Below are positions 1 to 8,871 of a stretch of 64,000 nucleotides of DNA, in pieces. Location: positions 32,001 to 96,000 of the IMG/VR virus record IMGVR_UViG_642918914_000001; one strand, written 5' to 3'. The position numbers and the translations under genes were made by a program. The notes beneath the pieces are model-generated. The model was given only the letters and a program-made list of their open reading frames with translations. It ran no database searches and had not been told where the DNA came from. Every line of letters begins with the position of its first letter. Positions within the stretch are counted from its first letter, which is position 1. The stretch is from a virus. Its lineage: Duplodnaviria; Caudoviricetes.

Positions 1-11
1 TGATTTGCACG

Positions 12-524
12 GTGCTGCACGCGCTTGGCTATCGCCGCCTGCCAATGAAGTCGTTGGGCATGGGCAAGGAACTGCTTCAGTGGGTGTACGAGGACTTCGC
101 CAACTTCGCGTATCTGCACGACCTGTCGTTCTACTACTTCCAGGAGTACTGTGCACGACATGGTAAAGACCAGCATCATGCGTGGCGCAAGATTGTGCTG
201 GCGGTCGATCGTTGTGGTGGCATGCGTGCAATCCGTCGTGAGTTCCGTCGTCAGGGGCGTGACGCCAGCCGCGATGTTCGGTATTACGTAAATACAGAGC
301 ACAACGCCCCGCTCTGGGCGTGTATCACAGTTCCTCCGCTGTACATGCCTGACGAGTTCAAGTACCGTCTTGTTGGCGACACGCAGCGTCGGTTGCGTGC
401 TGTTGTGCGTTCGTATCGTCGCTTCTACACACTGTCCAAGTCAAGATTCGCTCGTTACTATCATTCTGCCCCGCCGCCGTATATGCGTGGCGCCTGCAAA
501 ACGAAAACCAAGAACCGCTCATGA
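12..524 (+). CDS. hypothetical protein (probably 5'-truncated by window edge)
   Basis: ORF with phage-like codon use; its stop overlaps the ligase start (ATGA). Confidence 0.6.
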   Translation: MLHALGYRRLPMKSLGMGKELLQWVYEDFANFAYLHDLSFYYFQEYCARHGKDQHHAWRKIVLAVDRCGGMRAIRREFRRQGRDASRDVRYYVNTEHNAPLWACITVPPLYMPDEFKYRLVGDTQRRLRAVVRSYRRFYTLSKSRFARYYHSAPPPYMRGACKTKTKNRS

Positions 525-2398
525 AAGTCACTGCTCAGAACCTGAACAAAGCGAAGAAGCTGTACAAGCAGGCGCGGGTCGCCTACTACGAAAAGGCCGA
601 GATCATGACCGACGCTGAGTTCGACGCGTTGGAAGACAGCATCCGCCGCCTGGATCCCAAGTGGGACGAGCTCCAGAAGACTGGGACCAAGGTCGAGGTC
701 AAGAACAAGAAGCAGGAAGTCAAGCTGCTTGAGTTCATGCCTTCCAAGAACAAGATCTACCCTGAGCACGTGGCAAAGTATGCTGCCAAGCACGCGTCAG
801 TGGAAGTGTGGAATGTGAGCCACAAGCTGGACGGCACGAGTCTACAGCTCGCATATCGCGGCGGGCGCCCCTGGAAGTTGATCACGCGTGGTGACGGTGC
901 ACTGGGCAAGGACATCTCGTTCTTCCTGCCCCATCTGGTGAAGATCGGCATGATCCCTGATCACATCAAGACCGATGCGTTGGTCGTCGTCTTCCGCTGT
1001 GAGGGCATCATGCCGGTGGCCGTCTTCGAGAAGAAGTGGGCGGGCAAGTACGACAACGCTCGTCAGCTGGCGAACGGCGTGTTCAACCGCCAGGACATGC
1101 ATCCGGCGCTGGCCGATGTGCATATGGTGGTGCTCAGTGTCTACGGCATGAAGCAGGGCGAAGGCATCATGTACGCCAAGCGACAGGGGTTCCATGTGGT
1201 GCCTACGCGAATGCTCAAGGGACGATTGGACGCTGAAGTGCTGACGCGCCTCCTGAACAAGGAGCGCGAGGCCTCCATCTACGAGATGGATGGTTTGATC
1301 CTGGTGCCGTCCCCGCGCATCATGTCGTACACGTCGCCGGATCGTCCGAAGGACATCACTGCGTTCAAGTTCAACGACGAAGAGAACGCAGCGGAAGTTC
1401 CCGTGGAAAGCGTCGTCTGGCAGAAGACTCGCTTGCATCGTTGGCAGCCCAAGATCACCATCAAGCCCACGTTCATGGATGGCGTGATGGTGACCAACGT
1501 CACGGCGCACAACCCTGCTTGGATGAAGGAACGCGGCATCGGGCCGGGTGCGATCGTCAAGGTGTTGCGCAGCGGCGGAGTCATCCCCAAGATTGTGGGC
1601 GTCGTCAAGAAGGGCAAGTTCCAGCCGCCGCCGGGTCCGTACGTGGAGGACGGTCGCCTGTTCCGCATGACCGAGGGCGACGCATCCACCGAAGTGCGAG
1701 GCATTCACCATTTTATGACGACGTTGGGTATCGAGCTGCTCGCGTCCAAGACCATCACCAAACTGTACGAGGAGGGCTTCACCACGGTGTACGACTACAT
1801 CGATCTGGCTATCAACGGCGATGAAGGTCGGCTGCAAACCGCAGGCATCGGCGTCAAGATGAGCCAGAAGATCCAGGCAGAATTGGAGCGTGTGCTGGGC
1901 TCCACCATCAACCTGCGCTTGCTCATGGTTGCCTCTGGCTGCTTCCGCGATGGCATTGGCCGTCGTAAGCTGGAAGCGTTGGAAGCGGCTGGCATCAGCA
2001 TGCGCTTCTTGCTGAAGTCCAGTGACTTCGCGCTGCGCGGTGAACTGTCCAAGGTCAAGGGCTTCTCCGACATCACCATAGAGGCCGTGATCGACGGAGT
2101 GAACGCATTCCGCAAGTGGTTCGACGAGGTCCGTGAACTCCTGGAGGTCGACGGGTCGCTGCCCAAGGCCAAGAAGGTGGTGACCGGCAAGCTCACGGGC
2201 CAGTTCGTGTCGTGGACCGGCTATCGCAACAAGGACGAAGAGCAGAAGGTAGAAGCGTGGGGCGGTACCATCGTGCCGTTTGGTAGCAAGACCACCATTC
2301 TTCTGTACAGCCCCTCGGGCAAGACCAGTTCCAAAGTCGAAAAGGCAGGATCCAAGGCTATGACGTGGGTCCAACTCACCAGCAAGTTCAAGATCTAA
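521..2398 (+). CDS. ligA: NAD-dependent DNA ligase
   Basis: Adenylation motif HKLDG, TRGDG, DGLIL, AFKF, OB-fold RSGGVIPKI, HhH repeats (GIGRRK, KGFS), C-terminal BRCT-like FVSWTG. Confidence 0.95.
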   Translation: MKVTAQNLNKAKKLYKQARVAYYEKAEIMTDAEFDALEDSIRRLDPKWDELQKTGTKVEVKNKKQEVKLLEFMPSKNKIYPEHVAKYAAKHASVEVWNVSHKLDGTSLQLAYRGGRPWKLITRGDGALGKDISFFLPHLVKIGMIPDHIKTDALVVVFRCEGIMPVAVFEKKWAGKYDNARQLANGVFNRQDMHPALADVHMVVLSVYGMKQGEGIMYAKRQGFHVVPTRMLKGRLDAEVLTRLLNKEREASIYEMDGLILVPSPRIMSYTSPDRPKDITAFKFNDEENAAEVPVESVVWQKTRLHRWQPKITIKPTFMDGVMVTNVTAHNPAWMKERGIGPGAIVKVLRSGGVIPKIVGVVKKGKFQPPPGPYVEDGRLFRMTEGDASTEVRGIHHFMTTLGIELLASKTITKLYEEGFTTVYDYIDLAINGDEGRLQTAGIGVKMSQKIQAELERVLGSTINLRLLMVASGCFRDGIGRRKLEALEAAGISMRFLLKSSDFALRGELSKVKGFSDITIEAVIDGVNAFRKWFDEVRELLEVDGSLPKAKKVVTGKLTGQFVSWTGYRNKDEEQKVEAWGGTIVPFGSKTTILLYSPSGKTSSKVEKAGSKAMTWVQLTSKFKI

Positions 2399-2409
2399 GG
2401 AAGGCAATC

Positions 2410-2670
2410 ATGAGCAGCCCGAAGCATCCTCAACAGCCCGTTGTCTTATCCAATGGCGTCGCTCGTTTCAAGGAAAACGCCATCATCTGCCACTTATTCG
2501 AATCAGGTAAGCTGGATCTCAACGAGTTAGCGCGCATGGAGTTCAGTGCTGAGGATCGCATGCAGATTGCTCAGCTCCTCGGTTACAGTCTCGTGGGCTA
2601 CAGTGACTTGTCTTACGCCACCGACGAGTCAGTGGAAGCCGCGTATAAGCAAGCAAAGAAACTCAAATAG
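2410..2670 (+). CDS. hypothetical phage protein
   Basis: ATG at 2410 after AAGGAAGG RBS; RFKENAI...QIAQLLGYS pattern. Confidence 0.75.
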   Translation: MSSPKHPQQPVVLSNGVARFKENAIICHLFESGKLDLNELARMEFSAEDRMQIAQLLGYSLVGYSDLSYATDESVEAAYKQAKKLK

Positions 2671-2679
2671 GAGGGTGTC

Positions 2680-2910
2680 ATGCACCTAGTAATGACTATC
2701 GAGGAGTTGGAGGCGCTTGTCCCAACTCCTTCCATCGCGTGGGACATCGCAGGCATCGATCCGTACAAGCGATCGCAGGTGCCTGACACGCAGGAATTCA
2801 ACATCGACCTACGGACCCTGTACATGCACGGCATCGCCCGCATGGCCATCGTTCCACTGGTAGTAGAAGGCGCCGACACGTTGGCGTACACGCTGCAGGA
2901 TCGGTCATGA
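2680..2910 (+). CDS. hypothetical protein
   Basis: GGAGG RBS; coupled to next ORF. Confidence 0.7.
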   Translation: MHLVMTIEELEALVPTPSIAWDIAGIDPYKRSQVPDTQEFNIDLRTLYMHGIARMAIVPLVVEGADTLAYTLQDRS

Positions 2911-3254
2911 AGAAGATGCAACTACGGCAGGTGGAAGCACCTCCAACGTTCCCCGTGATTCGAGTGTCACGGGCATTTGATCTGGAAGTGACGATCGAGG
3001 TGGAGCTCGCCACTCGCATCTCCAAGACCAGCGTCTGGCTGTGGACCGGCCTCCAAGAGGTGAAACGCGCTCGCATCACGCGCGACCGTCAATACTTCGA
3101 CGCTGAAGTTGAAGGGCCAGCGGCACACGCACTGATTCAGTCGTGGATCATCGCATGGCAGCAAGAATTGGATGCGGCACGTGCCAAGTCCAAAGCACTG
3201 GCTTCCAGTCTGCAAGCGTTCAAGACACGCGGCTACAAGATTCAAGGGCTCTGA
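2907..3254 (+). CDS. hypothetical protein
   Basis: ATGA overlap with upstream gene; C-terminal helical segment. Confidence 0.7.
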   Translation: MKKMQLRQVEAPPTFPVIRVSRAFDLEVTIEVELATRISKTSVWLWTGLQEVKRARITRDRQYFDAEVEGPAAHALIQSWIIAWQQELDAARAKSKALASSLQAFKTRGYKIQGL

Positions 3255-3256
3255 TC

Positions 3257-3772
3257 ATGTCCATGTACACACAGTTCTGGGTTGGCTGTCGCCTGAAGGC
3301 GGATACACCCGCGACCATGGTGGCTCTTATCAAGGACCTGATCGGCGACAACCGACTGAAGTCGAAGCCCAATGGCTTCGCGGAAGAGATGGCGCGTAGT
3401 CCAGAAGGTGCTCGTTATCTGAGCGACCACCGCCATTTCTATCTTGGCCACCCAGTGCACTTCGGTTCAGGAGCCGAATGGTTGTTGGAAGAAGCCATCA
3501 AGGATCACGATCCCGAGGCGACCGACTGGGATTTCCACACGCTGGACGACGGTACGCATTTCCTGCTGATCGGCACGGTGGTACCCAACTATCAGGGCGT
3601 CCTAGAAAAATTCTTGGCCTGGATCGGCCCTTGGATCGTAGAACCCGTGGGTACCGAGATCGGCCAGTGTCTGTACGAAGAATACCAGAAGCCGTCACCT
3701 GTCGTGGTGGGTGAGGAACTCAAGACCGGCACGCGGTCCCGCGATGAAGGCGGCTGGTGGTGGCCCCAGTAG
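3257..3772 (+). CDS. hypothetical phage protein
   Basis: ATG at 3257 just after upstream stop; MSMYTQ...LKADTP N-terminus. Confidence 0.75.
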   Translation: MSMYTQFWVGCRLKADTPATMVALIKDLIGDNRLKSKPNGFAEEMARSPEGARYLSDHRHFYLGHPVHFGSGAEWLLEEAIKDHDPEATDWDFHTLDDGTHFLLIGTVVPNYQGVLEKFLAWIGPWIVEPVGTEIGQCLYEEYQKPSPVVVGEELKTGTRSRDEGGWWWPQ

Positions 3773-3816
3773 TAAAGAGTAAGCACGGGGAGCATTCTAA
3801 GTTAGCCTCACTGATT

Positions 3817-3834
3817 AGTAGTATAGAGCAGTAC
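3817..3834 (+). promoter_or_regulatory. putative phage promoter AGTAGTATAGAGCAGTAC
   Basis: 17/18 identical to 20444-20461; intergenic, upstream of a gene start. Confidence 0.5.
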
Positions 3835-3868
3835 AAAATTCAATCAACCCTATCTACATAGAGAGATC

Positions 3869-4954
3869 ATGAAGAAGACTATCATCATGTTCGCGGCTTG
3901 TGCCGCGTTTGCAGGAATGGCCTACGCAACTCCCGGCAACAACGGCGGCGGTAACGGTGGCTGCGGTGTCGGCCAGCAGACCAACGGTTGCGGTGGTTCG
4001 GGCGGTTCAGGTGGCACTGGCGGTACCGTGAACAACGGTGGCGCTGGAGGCAACGGCGGTAACGGTGGCGCTGGCGGTATGGGCGGTCAAGGGGGCGCGG
4101 GTTACGGTGGCACGGGTGTCGGCATCGGTGTTGGTGTGGGCATGGGCGGCAACTCGTCGTCGCACGCCACTGGTGGCAACGCCAACGCGACCGGCGGATC
4201 GGTCCTAGGTTCCGGCAATTCCAACAACCACAACACGCAGAATCAGTCGCAAGGTCAAGGCCAGTCGCAAGGCCAGATCGCCAACGGCGGATCGGTGATG
4301 GGTTCGGGCAACTCGGCCAATAGCAACCGGAACAACAACGAGAACAGCAATCGCAACAACAACGCGAATGCCAACTCCAACGTGAACGGCAACACGAACC
4401 TGAACGGCAACAGCAACCACAACCAGTCGTCCGCGTCCAACAGCAACGCGAACACCGCGCAGGGCGGCGCCGGTGGCAACGCCAGCAACACCAACACCAA
4501 CAGCAATGCGAACAACGGCAACAACAGCGCGCAGAACGTGTCGGTGTCCGGCGACACGGTGACGTACGAAGCTGCGAAGATTCCGGTGGCAACCGCCTAC
4601 GCGCCGAACATCTCGCCGACGGCAGTTTGCATGGGTTCGACCAGCGCTGGCGGTCAGGGCATGACCTTCGGTTTCTCCATCGGTAGCTCCTGGACCGACA
4701 GCAACTGTATGCTGCTGGAGCAAGTGCGCAGCGTGGCCGCTGTTCTCGGTGACAAGAGCACTGCTGCCGAAATGATGTGCGGGTTCGAATCGTATCGCGA
4801 AGCTCGTGCACGTACCGGCAATCCGTGCGGTGGCAAGGCGCCTGCCGCTACGACCTCGGCCACGACGCTGGATCCCATTATGACGGCGGCTTCCAAGCCG
4901 GAATACACGGATCCGATCGTTCGCGCGCGTCTGGGTCTGCCGCCGCTCAAGTAA
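3869..4954 (+). CDS. secreted Gly/Asn-rich low-complexity protein with Cys-containing C-terminal domain
   Basis: Signal peptide MKKTIIMFAACAAFAGMAYA; GGNGG and N-rich tracts; own terminator. Confidence 0.85.
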   Translation: MKKTIIMFAACAAFAGMAYATPGNNGGGNGGCGVGQQTNGCGGSGGSGGTGGTVNNGGAGGNGGNGGAGGMGGQGGAGYGGTGVGIGVGVGMGGNSSSHATGGNANATGGSVLGSGNSNNHNTQNQSQGQGQSQGQIANGGSVMGSGNSANSNRNNNENSNRNNNANANSNVNGNTNLNGNSNHNQSSASNSNANTAQGGAGGNASNTNTNSNANNGNNSAQNVSVSGDTVTYEAAKIPVATAYAPNISPTAVCMGSTSAGGQGMTFGFSIGSSWTDSNCMLLEQVRSVAAVLGDKSTAAEMMCGFESYREARARTGNPCGGKAPAATTSATTLDPIMTAASKPEYTDPIVRARLGLPPLK

Positions 4955-4970
4955 GCTGTAATTGCGCAAC

Positions 4971-4992
4971 AGGGGACTTCGGTCCCCTCTTT
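4971..4992 (+). terminator. intrinsic terminator
   Basis: AGGGGAC-TTCG-GTCCCCT followed by CTTT. Confidence 0.75.
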
Positions 4993-5009
4993 CCATTGGA
5001 GCTTCATTC

Positions 5010-5336
5010 ATGAACAACATCACTGCCACTGACCTGTTCCTAGGGTGTGGAGGCTTCGCGGCCCTTCTCCTTCTCCTATACGTGATCTCCAGCACGATAG
5101 CCGAATGTCATCTGGATCGCTTCCTCACGGCGTACAACAGTCGCCTCCGGGCGCTCTATTCTGTAGGCTTCTACAAGAACCGGAGCGTGTTTCGCATCGA
5201 AGGGTCGCAGGTGTTGATTGAAACCGCTTCTCCCCTCAAGATGTTCTTCATCGTTCGTCGGTTGTACAGCGGTCAGCTGTCGCGGCACGCGCTCGAGATG
5301 CTGTCGGACACTCCCTTCTCAAAGCTTCCCTCCTAA
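5010..5336 (+). CDS. hypothetical membrane protein
   Basis: GGAG RBS; N-terminal hydrophobic helix. Confidence 0.65.
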   Translation: MNNITATDLFLGCGGFAALLLLLYVISSTIAECHLDRFLTAYNSRLRALYSVGFYKNRSVFRIEGSQVLIETASPLKMFFIVRRLYSGQLSRHALEMLSDTPFSKLPS

Positions 5337-5339
5337 GCC

Positions 5340-5681
5340 ATGGCACAGAAAGGGCCCGGAATTAAGTACGAAGGTCACTGGTACTCATCGTTCGAGCCGT
5401 GGTGGCCATCGCCCACAACCAGCGACTGGCCCTGGACTGGTCAGTCTGCGTTCCTCAACAAGCTGGAACGGGTTGAGTCGACGCTGGACCCGGTGGCCTA
5501 CCGCGGAATCAGCCGCTGCCGTGTCTGTGGTGAGGGGAACGGATGTGAAGAATTCAACCTGGAGGGGTGGCGCTGGCCCTCAGGCTTCCGTCACTACATC
5601 GAACAACACAACGTCAAGCCGAGCAGCGAATTCATTGCAATGATCGTGGAACAGCACGCACGGATTCTGCAGTCCCGGTAA
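5340..5681 (+). CDS. hypothetical protein, putative metal-binding (CxxC...HYxxxH)
   Basis: YRGISRCRVC...WRWPSGFRHYIEQHNVKP. Confidence 0.75.
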   Translation: MAQKGPGIKYEGHWYSSFEPWWPSPTTSDWPWTGQSAFLNKLERVESTLDPVAYRGISRCRVCGEGNGCEEFNLEGWRWPSGFRHYIEQHNVKPSSEFIAMIVEQHARILQSR

Positions 5682-5685
5682 ATAG
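5678..5685 (+). promoter_or_regulatory. GTAAATAG promoter-like motif
   Basis: Recurrent motif at gene boundaries (see finding). Confidence 0.5.
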
Positions 5686-5744
5686 ACATCAGCTACCAAA
5701 AGATGTATCGCCATGATCGCACTTCTTCTGATTGATATCCAGCC

Positions 5745-6146
5745 ATGACTCGAACTCCACAATTCCAAGGCGGTATGCTGGTGCCCACGGGCGAGTTGAA
5801 GGTGGTGGACGCTACGGTGGAACGTGTGTCCCGCCTTGACGGCCAGATCAACGCCACCGTCATCTTCGAAGACGAGCTCGGCATCCGCTTCAAGATCCGT
5901 GGCTACGGAGGCGGGTCTATCGCTGCTGAACTCAGGCCCTTGGAATGGCCGACGGACGTCCAGGGGCGCTACCACTTCAAAGGCGACCGGGAAAGCTGGG
6001 GTTCTCGTGCTCGCTATGCGGCCACTGCTTCGTCCAAGGATGAGGCGCTGGCCAAGATCAAGGCGCGACACAAGTACGAGGATGTGAATCGGCTGACCCT
6101 GACCGCGATCACCAAACCAACCGACGAGGATGTGACCTATGGCTGA
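5745..6146 (+). CDS. hypothetical protein
   Basis: ORF with typical codon bias. Confidence 0.7.
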   Translation: MTRTPQFQGGMLVPTGELKVVDATVERVSRLDGQINATVIFEDELGIRFKIRGYGGGSIAAELRPLEWPTDVQGRYHFKGDRESWGSRARYAATASSKDEALAKIKARHKYEDVNRLTLTAITKPTDEDVTYG

Positions 6147-6363
6147 GCAGAATGAAGTGACCACCGTCAACTTCCAGAACTATTCGGTGATCGACCGCAG
6201 TCGTATATCGCAACTCCGTTGGTTCGCTCGCAAGAATTTCCAGACCGGCGTGCACGAACCCAAGGTGTTGCAGGCTGGCTATCCGTGCACCGTGTTCAAG
6301 GATGGAAAGCAGGTTTCGGTGTCCACCATGTGGGAGGACATCCCCACGGTATTCGAAGATTAG
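6139..6363 (+). CDS. hypothetical protein
   Basis: GAGGA RBS; overlaps upstream stop. Confidence 0.65.
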   Translation: MAEQNEVTTVNFQNYSVIDRSRISQLRWFARKNFQTGVHEPKVLQAGYPCTVFKDGKQVSVSTMWEDIPTVFED

Positions 6364-6380
6364 TGACGAGGGAATAGCAC

Positions 6381-6611
6381 ATGGAAAAGCTGAAAGTGAA
6401 CGGGCTGTCGCCACTGCAAACGCTGGTGGCTATTGGTGCGGGTCTCGGAGTGAACATTCTAGCTCCTCTGCAGAATCTCCCGTCCAAGTTCAAGGAACGT
6501 CCTGCTCGAAAGCAGACGGCAGAAGATCGTAAGCGGCTGGAAGCGGCTGCGGCCAAGCGCGAGCGCAAGGCACGCAAACTCATGGGACCTAGAAATGACC
6601 AAACCAAGTAA
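6381..6611 (+). CDS. hypothetical basic protein
   Basis: GAGGG RBS; RLEAAAAKRERKARK tail. Confidence 0.65.
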   Translation: MEKLKVNGLSPLQTLVAIGAGLGVNILAPLQNLPSKFKERPARKQTAEDRKRLEAAAAKRERKARKLMGPRNDQTK

Positions 6612-7023
6612 GCGATTCGGCAACCTCAGCCGCGACGAAAAGCTGCAATTGATGGCCGACTGGGTAGACGGCAAGGTCATCGAAGTCGGCCTGGAGGATA
6701 CCGCTGATGGTGAATACTACATCGCGGGCTGGAGTGCGGAACGACATCCAGCTTGGACCGCGCATAGCTTCTACCGCGTGCGCCCCACGTTGCCCAACAT
6801 CGACTGGGCGCACGTCAGTTCGCAGTTCAGATACATGGCCACGTCGCCCGATGGGCAAACGTTCCTGTATGTGAATCGCCCCATCTTGGGATCCAATCAT
6901 TGGACCTTTGTGTTCTCTGAAACCCACGCAGTGTCGGCGACTGTTGCTAACATCTACAGCTCCTTCAAGCCTGGAACTTGCGACTGGCAACTGTCGCTAG
7001 TAGAACGCCCTGATGGAGTGTGA
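6595..7023 (+). CDS. hypothetical phage protein
   Basis: IDWAHV...RYMATSPDG...WQLSLVERP pattern. Confidence 0.75.
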   Translation: MTKPSKRFGNLSRDEKLQLMADWVDGKVIEVGLEDTADGEYYIAGWSAERHPAWTAHSFYRVRPTLPNIDWAHVSSQFRYMATSPDGQTFLYVNRPILGSNHWTFVFSETHAVSATVANIYSSFKPGTCDWQLSLVERPDGV

Positions 7024-7024
7024 C

Positions 7025-7456
7025 ATGGAAGAGAAGACCCAAACCCAGTACCTGTACTGGGAAGAGGCAGGATTGGCCGGCGACTACGTGCACATGCACA
7101 TTGTGAACGTACCTGACCACGTGCCGGGCCGCGCCTATCAACAGCTGATGTCGCTGTCGGCGTTCGACCGTCGACTGTGGTCGCACACGCAATCGTACGA
7201 TCCTAAGACGGGTGCGTTCCTAGGGTATCGCAATCAAGGGGACGTGCACTTCCAAATGGAGTGCGTTGAAAACAGTAAGCCGGGTGCCACTCGTGTAGTA
7301 GAAAAGTTGTACCGACTGTGGGCGGGGAATCCTGATATGCGAGCGACTCTGCTGATGTTGCCGCGCACGGTCCACGCCTCGGTTTGGGACTTCTACAAAC
7401 ACATCGAGTACGACTGGCGCACTGCCACGCTGCGCGGAAGGAAGCTTCAGCAATGA
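7025..7456 (+). CDS. hypothetical protein (paralog of 7453-7884)
   Basis: GGAG RBS; C-terminal HASVWDFYKHIEYD. Confidence 0.75.
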   Translation: MEEKTQTQYLYWEEAGLAGDYVHMHIVNVPDHVPGRAYQQLMSLSAFDRRLWSHTQSYDPKTGAFLGYRNQGDVHFQMECVENSKPGATRVVEKLYRLWAGNPDMRATLLMLPRTVHASVWDFYKHIEYDWRTATLRGRKLQQ

Positions 7457-7884
7457 AAGACGAAGACATTCTGCTGTATATCATCGCCGAGCGCGATTCG
7501 CTTTATAGCGACCTGAAGGCGCTGCACCGCGTGCGAGTGGACCCAGCTGTGAAGGGTGGCGAATACCGCCAGATTCTGTCACTCGAGGCCCTGCGTCGTC
7601 GTATGTACGCGCACACTCAGTTGATGAAGCAAGTGAATGGCACTTGCCAGATTGTGGCTCACCGTAACGAGAAGGATCCGTACTTCTCGATTCGCGAGTG
7701 GGGGCGCGGTGCCAGCTATACATGGGACATCTTCATGAAGGACCGCGCGCAGCAATTCTTGCAGAAGAGTCCGACGTGGAAGAAAGTGCAGCAGTACGAC
7801 CACGCAGACGTCTGGCAGTTCTTCGCACACATCGACTACGATCACAAGAAGGGTACCTTGAAGGGTATCCGACTCAAATCATGA
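7453..7884 (+). CDS. hypothetical protein (paralog of 7025-7456)
   Basis: ATGA coupling; C-terminal HADVWQFFAHIDYD. Confidence 0.75.
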   Translation: MKDEDILLYIIAERDSLYSDLKALHRVRVDPAVKGGEYRQILSLEALRRRMYAHTQLMKQVNGTCQIVAHRNEKDPYFSIREWGRGASYTWDIFMKDRAQQFLQKSPTWKKVQQYDHADVWQFFAHIDYDHKKGTLKGIRLKS

Positions 7885-8126
7885 CTATCATAACCCCACT
7901 CCAGAAGGAATTCGCGGAGCTGATGGTTTCCGTTCTCGACGAGCCGAGTGCCGAGCAGCGCTACAAGCTGGCGTTAGACGCCATCAGCCGCTGGTCGGTC
8001 ATGGACTTCCCCGAGAAGGCAGGTTACATGGGAACGATCGCCACGGTGGCGTTGAATCCCGTGAAGTTCATGTCCGCACAAGAGCGATTCATCCTCGCTC
8101 TAGGCAAGCTGGAGGGCAAGGCATGA
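7881..8126 (+). CDS. hypothetical protein
   Basis: ATGA-coupled at both ends. Confidence 0.7.
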   Translation: MTIITPLQKEFAELMVSVLDEPSAEQRYKLALDAISRWSVMDFPEKAGYMGTIATVALNPVKFMSAQERFILALGKLEGKA

Positions 8127-8503
8127 CCCCAGGACAAGCACGGCGCATTTATCGCTATCTAGCGATGCGCACACGTACACGAGATGGTCGCCGGGTGCGA
8201 ATCGTAACCGGACTGCGGCTGTTCCTTCACCTGCGAGTGCCTTTCGCTGTGATTCGTAGCGCCGAGTTCGACAACATCGACAACGTTTCGAGTTTCGGAC
8301 CGGCTGTCGACAAGAAGTTGAGCGATCGCACATACGCTCGCTACAATGTGTACATGGCGATCGGGGCGCAGTATCGAGTAACGATCGGAGGACGCGGAGG
8401 ACGTGGCCTTGGTGGTCGAAAGAAGGTAGCGGTCGCACCACGTTTCGTCATGCATCGCGATCGTCCACTACGCAAAGGCTGCAATCTACCACGGAGGAAA
8501 TGA
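8123..8503 (+). CDS. hypothetical basic protein
   Basis: GGAGG RBS; ATGA overlaps. Confidence 0.55.
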   Translation: MTPGQARRIYRYLAMRTRTRDGRRVRIVTGLRLFLHLRVPFAVIRSAEFDNIDNVSSFGPAVDKKLSDRTYARYNVYMAIGAQYRVTIGGRGGRGLGGRKKVAVAPRFVMHRDRPLRKGCNLPRRK

Positions 8504-8871
8504 TGTCCATGTCTGACAAGATGGAGCCCAAGCTCCCTGAATCATGGGCCGAATTGTTGGAGCTCGTACAGAAGTTGGGCGCCCCCGCAACCCCGCCCAT
8601 CATCGGACCGCGCACACAGCCGTTCCCATTCGTCAGCCCGCAACCCTACGTCGGGCCAAACACCCAGATCATCGGCACCTGCAGTCTGTGTGGTGGGCCA
8701 GTGACCTTGCCCATGATCTGGGGTAGTGTGGTTCCCCCAACTCCTACGTGTGCTGCGTGTGGCGCACTTCCTGCCAAAGGCTTCGGTCCCGTGATCGACA
8801 TGCGACCGGGTCCCGCGATCAAATACACCACGACTAGCAATAGCGTGGATCCCACCAAGGATCAGCAATGA
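8500..8871 (+). CDS. hypothetical Pro-rich protein with two CxxC (zinc ribbon)
   Basis: CSLC...CAAC; GGAGG RBS. Confidence 0.65.
   Translation: MMSMSDKMEPKLPESWAELLELVQKLGAPATPPIIGPRTQPFPFVSPQPYVGPNTQIIGTCSLCGGPVTLPMIWGSVVPPTPTCAACGALPAKGFGPVIDMRPGPAIKYTTTSNSVDPTKDQQ

Noticed and set aside
842-2407. Long antisense ORFs opposite real genes (also 8862-10085, 14156-15601, 24567-26102, 41712-43649, 45962-47611, 51132-52988)
   Set aside because: Shadow ORFs expected from strong GC3 codon bias; no RBS or motifs, and the opposite strand carries recognisable proteins.
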